Positions 9,898 through 17,759 of a stretch of 37,167 nt of DNA are shown one piece after another. The number at the start of each line of letters is the position of its first letter. Position 1 is the first letter of the stretch. The stretch comes from Trichomonas gallinae (taxonomy: Eukaryota). The notes under the pieces were generated by a model. That model worked only from the letters and a program-made list of their open reading frames with translations. It searched no databases and had not been told where the DNA came from. A program made the position numbers and the translations under genes. The stretch lies in NCBI GenBank assembly GCA_008369845.1, contig MRSU01007905.1:1-37167 (forward strand), written 5' to 3'.

Positions 9898-10350
9898 ATA
9901 GAAGTAATATTTCAATGATATGAGACATCCATGATCATTCATATCGCTTAACATTGCTCAACTTCACTGGTTAAGAATTAATCTACAGTTTGGAGATTAC
10001 TACTCTTAATTGCTCAAACTATTTTTTAGTAAAGCATAACAAAACTTTTATAAATAAATCTTTCTCTATGAATAATAAATCAATGCATTGATATTTGTTT
10101 CTTTTAAGAAAAAGTAAAGAACTGACTATAAAGTACTTGGACAAAATTTATATCATTGACTAGAATAATAATAAATCAGCAAATAACCAAAACTTTTGAT
10201 ATATAGATTCTTATTGGATATACGAATGATAAGAAAGAGCCACAACCAGCAATTTGCAAGTTGCATAAAGAGAGTTAAAAAAAAGTCCAAAAACAGTTTA
10301 TCAAAAAATAATATAAAACATATAACAAAGAAAAAAGTAAAAAAATTATC

Positions 10351-12030
10351 CTATTTGAAGCTCTCCTTTGGTCTGAAGATGTCGAAAGGAATTGAAGCGT
10401 TGCCAGGCGGACCATATAAAGGAGCCATGTCGATTTTTCCATTTCCCACGTACACGCGTACAACAGGAGACTCCTGAAGTTTGTGGAACGCGTAGTACTT
10501 CATCGCTTTAATAGTCAAAATAACGACTTTGATAAGATTCTGGCACAAATTCAAATCGCAGTCCTTAAACAGGCCGGCCATTTCTTGTGCGCCCTCCTTC
10601 ATCTTCTTCTTCTTGTTGACGATGACTTCGATTATAATATCAAAAACTCTCTGGTCGCTGTTGAGAGATGTGTCGGTAATTCCGATTTCGTTCGCGAGTT
10701 GTCTGCTCTTTGTGTTTTGGTTTACGAGCGCACGAACTGTCGAGAAGTATGATACTAGTGTTGCTGATGCCGCGAGAAGAGCGGAGAAGCTGAATCCGGC
10801 AGTTACATCTCCAGAACATTCCGAATTTCGAAGAACACCAATTGCTTCTTGCAGTGCTTGACGCCAGTACTGTACTTCGATATCTATTGGTGTCTTTGAC
10901 TCAGCAGAACGCTTAACAAAGTACTTTTCCATTAATTCGGAAAGATATGTAACGTTTTCAACACTGTATTGGATCGGAAGCATGATGTACTCGAACATTG
11001 TGAAGTCATTGGCAAGCTTGGCAGGCTTTCTGTGCTGGGAGCGAGTTGGCGGGAAAATTCTCTCTAAATCTTTAGACCAAGTGGGCTTTGACAGGATTCT
11101 TTTGACTCCCAGACCGATCGCGCGGCGGAAGAGGTAATCAATGAAGCGACTGTAGAGCTGGTTGTAGAAGATTGATAAAATTCTCAAGCTTAAACTGCCG
11201 TATTTTCCAAAACAGACGTTTAATTCGTCGAGTGTATCTGTCGATGTCAGCAAATATGACCATCCATACTCGATTAAATGCCTCCTTACGTTTTCATTCA
11301 ATGCTATTTCGACATCTGTTGCAGCAAAGTCATCTTCAACTCTTTCTAAGTCTGTAGTAACCTGCGGTTTGCAATTTACTCTGTTTGAATAAGTGTGTTG
11401 CTTAATGCTGATATAAAATAAATTCAGCAATTTTTCGACTTCTGGCTCGCATCCGGTGCAATTTGGAATGCCTAGTGGATAGAATTTCTTTTGGTAGCTC
11501 TGAATTTTTTCTTTGTCTAATATACCTTTTGCAATTCGATTCGATATCATGTTGTATATTAAAGAGATCGGTGTTCGCTGCATGCAGTTTAGATTATCGA
11601 CGTATCTGCGTGATTGCTCTTCTGTAATGAGATTTAAGCGAGTGGCAGCATTTATTACATCTAATGGCTTAACAAAGTTGTTTAATCGTTCGCAAAATTC
11701 ATCAACGCATGTTTTCGGCTTCGCTATAGTGAATGATACTATATCTCGTGACTTTTCTTTCATCCTTTTAAGTGGCGCGATTTTTGTTGGAATATTGAAG
11801 TTTCTTATCCTATTTACGAAGTGATTTTTCTTCTGATTGGAAAGAGACACGTCAAATATTGATTTTGAATTAGAAATATATGTTAGATAATTTAATCCGG
11901 TATATCTAGAATGCATGATATGCATGAGTTTATCATGTAATGTCTTTCCATCGTCTATTTCGCGCAATGCTGATATCATTTCTGGCGTGAAATTGGACTG
12001 ATTATTTTTAATCGAATTTGTTACCCGCAT
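10351..12030 (-). CDS. Hypothetical protein (about 559 aa, predicted largely helical)
   Basis: Long ORF with coding-like GC content; first ATG is at 12030 (the track start at 12063 is non-ATG); no recognisable motif. Confidence 0.75.
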   Translation of the reverse strand: MRVTNSIKNNQSNFTPEMISALREIDDGKTLHDKLMHIMHSRYTGLNYLTYISNSKSIFDVSLSNQKKNHFVNRIRNFNIPTKIAPLKRMKEKSRDIVSFTIAKPKTCVDEFCERLNNFVKPLDVINAATRLNLITEEQSRRYVDNLNCMQRTPISLIYNMISNRIAKGILDKEKIQSYQKKFYPLGIPNCTGCEPEVEKLLNLFYISIKQHTYSNRVNCKPQVTTDLERVEDDFAATDVEIALNENVRRHLIEYGWSYLLTSTDTLDELNVCFGKYGSLSLRILSIFYNQLYSRFIDYLFRRAIGLGVKRILSKPTWSKDLERIFPPTRSQHRKPAKLANDFTMFEYIMLPIQYSVENVTYLSELMEKYFVKRSAESKTPIDIEVQYWRQALQEAIGVLRNSECSGDVTAGFSFSALLAASATLVSYFSTVRALVNQNTKSRQLANEIGITDTSLNSDQRVFDIIIEVIVNKKKKMKEGAQEMAGLFKDCDLNLCQNLIKVVILTIKAMKYYAFHKLQESPVVRVYVGNGKIDMAPLYGPPGNASIPFDIFRPKESFK

Positions 12031-12630
12031 TGAGAAATTATAAAAAATGTGGAATTCGCACAATAAATCTGTGTCTTACAAGTAGTATGTATTATGAATT
12101 ATAGCCTATAAAAACGCTATTTGGAAAAATATTCTTATTAGTTAATTTTTTATTTTTTTAATCAATAGTATTAGTCAAGTAGTATAAAAATATCAAATAA
12201 AAATTAACAGTTAGCCGGCCAATTTTTGAGAAAATTGACTTTCAAAACTTATTTCATCAATAACTCAATATGGATAGGATTTATAGCACAATTAATGCGA
12301 AATATTTGTTGTATTTATGTTTTTCCTCTTACATCTTAGTTTTCGTTTGGTTTCGTCACATATGAAATCCTGATCAAATATTTCTTTTACACTGCCACTT
12401 GTATATTAATATTTTATTTCCCTTATTATAATAAACGAATATACTGACATTAAAAATTCGATATTCATTAAAAATAAAGTGAAATCGAAAAAAGAGAATT
12501 AATCTTCTTGCGCTATAATCATTTTTCACTGTCTGCCATGAAATAGAGCTATGTAACGATGAATATGGATCATGCACATCGCTGAATATAATTAATTTCA
12601 AAAATAAATAAATATCAGGAGCATTAAAGA

Positions 12631-12689
12631 GAGTTCTATATGAAATCGATGACACATCCTATTACATGAGTTCTATATGAAATCGATGA
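12631..12689. repeat. Exact 22-bp direct repeat separated by 15 bp
   Basis: GAGTTCTATATGAAATCGATGA at 12631-12652 and 12668-12689. Confidence 0.85.
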
Positions 12690-13054
12690 TTTGTGGATAT
12701 TATAAAACAAGAAGTTAAGCAATAATTTTACATGACAGATTGTCATATATTGGAATATTTGTATGATTTACATGTCATGTTTTGTTGCATTTTGTCAAAA
12801 ATTTATGAGATTCGATTTATTTTTTAAAAAATCGCCTTTTCTACACGTTTTTACCACCAATATTGTTAGCAAAAAGTGAAACAATTATAGTGTTCATTAA
12901 TATTATGCAAAGTGCATAGTGTATTCTTTATATTTAGACAAGATGTTAGAATTATTTTGGCATTTATATAATTATACTGTCTTGGAAGTGAAATTGAGGA
13001 AGCTCATATTTCAGAAGACTCACTCATGCTAGAAAGGCTTTTGGTATTGACTTG

Positions 13055-13313
13055 CTTGTCGATGGGCGCCCTATGGAAGACCCATCCACCTGCCTGGTGT
13101 CTGAAGGATGACAACATCAGATCACATGATCTTGCTGACTTCCTCTTCGACAACATATCCGTCATCCATGTGTGTGATCTTGACTTCGTGGCCCTTTGAC
13201 TCCAAATACTTCTTCGCTTCTTCGGAGAGTTCCCTGTTCAGCTTTCCTCCAGCGAATGCGAAGTTGAAACCTGCATCGAGGATGAGAACCTTTGCGTTCT
13301 TGAGACTTGTCAT
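13055..13313 (-). pseudogene. mdaB: MdaB-like NAD(P)H:quinone oxidoreductase (flavodoxin-like fold) pseudogene, truncated
   Basis: Read-through gives MTSLKNAKVLILDAG..GGKLN..GHEVKITHMDDGYVVEEEVSKIM*SDVVILQTPGRWMGLP*GA, aligning to MdaB 'EV..FLWADVVIWQMPGWWMGAPW'; TGA 13122-24, TAG 13071-73, then an apparent frameshift before 'IDK' and loss of the C-terminal half. Inr TCATTT at 13324-13329. Confidence 0.85.
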
Positions 13314-13407
13314 CTTTGACTAAAAATGATGTGAAACATTTTCTTTAGAATCACTTTCGAAGGGAAAAAAAAACATTTGTCTGGTCAATTGTCCAATTTT
13401 TGCGAAT

Positions 13408-13505
13408 ATGTATAGTTAATCTAGTGAGTGATGGTGACTGTTTCCCAACCATTATAGTTTCGGTCTCACGTGGGGGGACAGGTTATATATAACTCGTTTT
13501 TTTTT
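13408..13505 (+). other. Compact self-complementary island (candidate structured RNA or element terminus)
   Basis: Four mutually compatible pairings including a loop-to-downstream pseudoknot, followed by a T9 run; see findings. Confidence 0.3.
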
Positions 13506-13542
13506 AAATTTATTAACTTAAAAAATTTCCAAATTCAAAACC

Positions 13543-13842
13543 TTGTTAGCCTTTCTATGTGCAGATATTGAAGCAAAGAATAATAGAGGAGTAACTGCAT
13601 TGATAATAGCATCATCCTACAATCATCTTGATTCTATTTCGACATTAATTGAACTTGGTTCAAATATTGAAGCAAAGGATAATAGTGGAGCAACTGCATT
13701 ACTTGCAGCATCATCCTACAATTATGTTGGTTCTATTTCGAAATAGATTAAACTTAATGCAAATGTTGAAGCAAAGGATAATAATGGAGCACCTGCATAG
13801 ATTTTAGAACCATTCAATAATTGTGCTGAAATAAATTTATAA
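13543..13842 (+). pseudogene. Ankyrin-repeat gene fragment (about 3 repeats of 99 bp)
   Basis: ADIEAKNNRGVTALIIASSYN / SNIEAKDNSGATALLAASSYN / ANVEAKDNNGAPA*; no ATG; in-frame TAG at 13744-46 and 13798-800 at positions that are Leu in the other repeats. Confidence 0.85.
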
Positions 13843-14019
13843 AAATGTCATGTAAAATATTTACGTGTCATAAGTTTAAATATCAACAATTTATGAAATC
13901 TGACATTTTAATTTTAAATCTTAAATTTTCTCTGTCTAATTACGAAGAAAAACGAATCCGATTTTTTAGATTAAAATTGAATAAGTTTGTCTGTCAAAAA
14001 ATAATAAGGTTAATTAACA

Positions 14020-16491
14020 ATGAATCTTGAAAATTTTCCTCCAGAATCACAGCATTACATTGTTTACTACGACGATCTTCAGTTCATAAAGGTCATAGGG
14101 CATGGTGCTTTTGGTGAAGTTTGGGAAGGAATCTATCTTCCCACACAAAAAAAAGTTGCAATCAAAAAAATTCTCGCGGAGCAACTCGATGCTCGCATGG
14201 AGGAACTATACAGACGAGAAGTGACAGCTTTGTCGACTCTGAAAAACACTTTTCTACTCCCTTTTATAGGATTTACAACAATTCCACCCTATTGCATCGT
14301 AACTAAGTTTATTCCAAATAGTTCGCTATTCAACAATCTACATGCGAAAGATAAACCGCTGAATTTAACGCCAACTGAGTTTAATATCATCGCTTTCGGA
14401 ATTGCTGTTGGAATGGCATATCTTCACGCAAATAAAACCATCCACAGAGATTTAAAATCGCAAAATGTGTTGATTGATGATAGAAAATATCCAATAATTT
14501 GCGATTTTGGATCATCGAAAAATACTGATTTAACGATGACCATGACTGGTCAAGGCGGAACCCCGAGTTATATGGCTCCAGAATTCTTACAGAATGAAAA
14601 ATACGACGAAAAAATTGATGTTTATTCATTTGGAATTTTATTATGGGAAATTATTACGCAAGAGTATCCTTTTGACGGTCTTTCTTGGCCGCAAATTCTC
14701 TGCATAGTCGTTGTCAATCAACAGAGACCAGTAATTCCCGAAGAATGGGAACCATCATTAAAGAATCTCATTAATCGATGCTGGGCTCCAAATCCAGCTG
14801 AGAGACCAACTTTCCAGGAAATTGTCTATCTTTTCAATAAGGGTGAAGTCGCAATTCCTTGCACAGACAAATACGAATTCGAAGATTTCTTATCTACGCA
14901 CAATTTCTCGCGACAAACGCTTGCAAGCTATAGAAGACAGATAGGAAGCGCAAGTTTCGAACTAAAAACAGACGAATACATGAAATTGCGTGTTGAAATT
15001 AACAGATCTTCAAATTTCTCACTTCATCCACCAATTCCACTCGCCCAGCTTAAACAGACAGCAATGTCTTTCTCAGTATCACTCGGTCCGCAGTCTCCAG
15101 TATCTCAGCAGCTAAAAGCAATCAATTTTTTCGATTCTAATTCTGATAGTGGAATATTAATCGGAATTCCACTTTGGTCTCCTCTATTGGCCTTAAGTGT
15201 GCAGCCAAACCTGCAGATATCAGCACCTCTTCAGTCTTTATTGCTCAAACTCGCTCAAAGAACAGAAATTTTAGAAGGCATCACAAAAGTTACCAATTTA
15301 TCTCAGTTTTTGTCACCATTTACTATAGATTTGTTTTTGTATATCACAGCATCAGTTCCCTCTGTAATCAACGAGCGCATGATCAACTCTCTTTTCACGA
15401 TGCTCGGCGGACCAGCTGGCGAAAAAGCGAGCGCGATTTTATCGAAAATATTGATTTCAACATGGACAACTACAATGATCAAGAACATCATCAGCCACGA
15501 ATTCGAGTTAATAGTTGGAGAGCTCGCCAATAAAGCTGGAGGCAATCACGTTATATTATCTCTAGCGAAATTATTTCCAGAAAAAATTCCACCGACAGCT
15601 TTCGCGTCATACACAGCCTCATCCATCAGCAAAAACGCGACTGCTGGCTATGTTGCGTTATTCACAACAAACGGTCTTCCTCGCGGCTTTAAGCTTGACG
15701 TTGTCTGCTCACATGTTATATCTAATAATCCATATTTAAGAGCTGCTTCTCTAGAATTTCTCAGACGATATGAAACGAAAGACGAAGCTTTGATTGAAGT
15801 CTGCAATTCGCTTATTACATCAGCTATCGAATACAATGATGAGCGCGCAATCCTTCTTTTGTGCAGAGTTGCCTCGAGTGAGAAAACAGGGAAGTATTTG
15901 ACGATTGCAGGAACAATAGAGAGATGGCTATGCCCACAGCCACTCAAAGCACCAATTTTTCTGAGACTTTTCATTCTGTTGATTGGCCATGCTGACTTCG
16001 CTGACAGGTTTTCGCGCCACAAGCACACAGCTTCGTTCATACAGCACGTCATTCATCATGGAGACAACGAAACAGTTGTCGCTGCTGTTTTTGCTTTGTC
16101 GAAACTTTCGCTCGATGAAAACTCAATCAAAACATTAGTCGACAACGGAGTGTTATCGGATTTGTGTAGAGTGCTTTTGAGTATTATAAATGATTACATC
16201 TGCGCGGAAAGGTTTGTACCTGTCTTCGAGAGACTTTATCCTTTGTGTGATGGAAATGGCTTCTCTGCTGTTGTATCGAAACTACTCGCTTTAATCAAAG
16301 ACAGATGCAACTCATTTAAGCCTTTCATTCAGATACTAGCCATCTTCGCAACAAAAACTCCAACACATTCGACATTTATCAACGACAATGCAATTGCTGT
16401 GTTGAACCCTTATGGACAAAGAGATGACACGAAGACATATGTCAAAAGCATCATGATGAGTCTTCGCGAAGGAGGACTTTACCTTCCATAA
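14020..16491 (+). CDS. TKL-family protein kinase with long helical (ARM-like) C-terminal region
   Basis: GHGAFG, VAIK, HRDLKSQN, DFG, GTPSYMAPE, DVYSFG, CW...P..RP; Leu-rich helical C-terminal roughly 480 aa. Confidence 0.93.
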   Translation: MNLENFPPESQHYIVYYDDLQFIKVIGHGAFGEVWEGIYLPTQKKVAIKKILAEQLDARMEELYRREVTALSTLKNTFLLPFIGFTTIPPYCIVTKFIPNSSLFNNLHAKDKPLNLTPTEFNIIAFGIAVGMAYLHANKTIHRDLKSQNVLIDDRKYPIICDFGSSKNTDLTMTMTGQGGTPSYMAPEFLQNEKYDEKIDVYSFGILLWEIITQEYPFDGLSWPQILCIVVVNQQRPVIPEEWEPSLKNLINRCWAPNPAERPTFQEIVYLFNKGEVAIPCTDKYEFEDFLSTHNFSRQTLASYRRQIGSASFELKTDEYMKLRVEINRSSNFSLHPPIPLAQLKQTAMSFSVSLGPQSPVSQQLKAINFFDSNSDSGILIGIPLWSPLLALSVQPNLQISAPLQSLLLKLAQRTEILEGITKVTNLSQFLSPFTIDLFLYITASVPSVINERMINSLFTMLGGPAGEKASAILSKILISTWTTTMIKNIISHEFELIVGELANKAGGNHVILSLAKLFPEKIPPTAFASYTASSISKNATAGYVALFTTNGLPRGFKLDVVCSHVISNNPYLRAASLEFLRRYETKDEALIEVCNSLITSAIEYNDERAILLLCRVASSEKTGKYLTIAGTIERWLCPQPLKAPIFLRLFILLIGHADFADRFSRHKHTASFIQHVIHHGDNETVVAAVFALSKLSLDENSIKTLVDNGVLSDLCRVLLSIINDYICAERFVPVFERLYPLCDGNGFSAVVSKLLALIKDRCNSFKPFIQILAIFATKTPTHSTFINDNAIAVLNPYGQRDDTKTYVKSIMMSLREGGLYLP

Positions 16492-16616
16492 TTTATATTA
16501 TATATTATTTTGTTTGTATGTTTATTTTCTTTATACGATAAATTTTTGTTTGTAATCTTGAAAAAAAAATATGATTTGATTATAATCTGTATGTATACTA
16601 AGATGTTTAGTTGGAA

Positions 16617-17561
16617 TCAGCTGTCGTTCATGAAGATGAAGACAAATAAATAGGTACGAATTGAAAAAATGTTGCAGGTTTGGATGAAACTGCAAAATGG
16701 ATATGGAGAACCAATAGCACTGATGATGATCTGGCCGTCACCAAAGTGAAGACCGTCTGTGATGTTGATGTCGTCGAAGATGAAGCGTGAGTAGTGGAAT
16801 GGTGAATCTCGGAAGTATATCATTTCTTCGGTGCTGTTCTCTGCAATGCTCCTGCAAAGTGGAGAACCTGATATGTACGAAGACCCTCCTGCACCACTTC
16901 CAAGTCTATGGCCTGAAACTCCAGCCCCGCCACCTCCAAAATACCCACCTCCACCGCCTCCTGTAGGCCACTGATTAACCCCAGAATCACCTCCTTGTCC
17001 AAATCTGCCATCAAGGCCCTCATCATAGTCTCCTGACCCTTTCTTTCCTGGGGATGTTTGTGTGCCTCCAGTGGCATTCTCAATAGGCATAGCTCCAGTG
17101 GTACAGCCTATACACTGAGAGTAGGTGCCGTCATGTCCTATAAGGCCACCACTCCCGCCTGGGACTGGATTGCCATAGCTAGACATTCCACCTGACCCAC
17201 CAGCGACAACGATTCTCGTCTTCAGTGCTTCAAAGTCACCTCCTTTCATCAGTCTTATATCTGATGCACCTCCTCCTGAATAAGCATATGCATCTGGTCT
17301 AGGAGAAATTGCTCGTGTTTTTCCGCCTCCATTAAAAGTTCGAAGGCCGGAGTTCTTCTTGCCGGATTCACCAACATACGCATAAAAAGTAGTATGGAAA
17401 AGAATGTCAATGCTACCAGAAACATAGGCACCTAAACTTGGATACTCAACGGACTCGCAAGCTGAAGCACCAAAAACTTCAAAAATGTAGCGGCGAGGAG
17501 GAAGTGTGACACTGTAGAAACCTGGTGTTGTCTTGTTGAAGACGGTGAAACGTTCGACCAA
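16617..17561 (-). CDS. Glycine-rich domain protein (ALK/LTK-type Gly-rich family, often annotated loricrin or PE-PGRS-like in trichomonads); start unresolved
   Basis: Family motifs YIFEVFGA, GAYVSG, FNGGG, SGGGASDIRL, RIVVAGGSGG, GGGGGGYFGGG, GAGGSSYISG, GDGQIIIS; Cys plus hydrophobic C-terminus. The track start is TTG and no in-frame ATG precedes the domain. Confidence 0.75.
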   Translation of the reverse strand: MVERFTVFNKTTPGFYSVTLPPRRYIFEVFGASACESVEYPSLGAYVSGSIDILFHTTFYAYVGESGKKNSGLRTFNGGGKTRAISPRPDAYAYSGGGASDIRLMKGGDFEALKTRIVVAGGSGGMSSYGNPVPGGSGGLIGHDGTYSQCIGCTTGAMPIENATGGTQTSPGKKGSGDYDEGLDGRFGQGGDSGVNQWPTGGGGGGYFGGGGAGVSGHRLGSGAGGSSYISGSPLCRSIAENSTEEMIYFRDSPFHYSRFIFDDINITDGLHFGDGQIIISAIGSPYPFCSFIQTCNIFSIRTYLFVFIFMNDS

Positions 17562-17759
17562 TGAAGATCGATTTTCATCTAAATTGAATCAACGTGATTT
17601 TTATATTTTTTATACTTTACATTTTACAATTTACATTTTATATATTAAGGTTCCATGAAATGGAACGTTAGATCTTGTCTTCATTCGATTAATTTGATTG
17701 GTAATAAAATATTGTTAATAAATAAACATGCTTTTATTCTCGTCACATATTAATTTTTG

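Noticed and set aside
12631..12689. Mini CRISPR-like repeat-spacer-repeat
   Set aside because: Only two repeats, a 15-bp spacer, no cas genes, and a eukaryotic context.
13071..13124. Stop-codon reassignment or selenocysteine at Trp positions in the mdaB-like gene
   Set aside because: Both TGA and TAG occur along with a missense change, frameshift and truncation; other genes here use TGG for Trp and end in TGA or TAG normally.
13408..13500. Assignment as tRNA, FMN riboswitch, twister or hammerhead ribozyme, or SRP Alu domain
   Set aside because: Only short partial resemblances; required conserved nucleotides or the cloverleaf are absent by eye.
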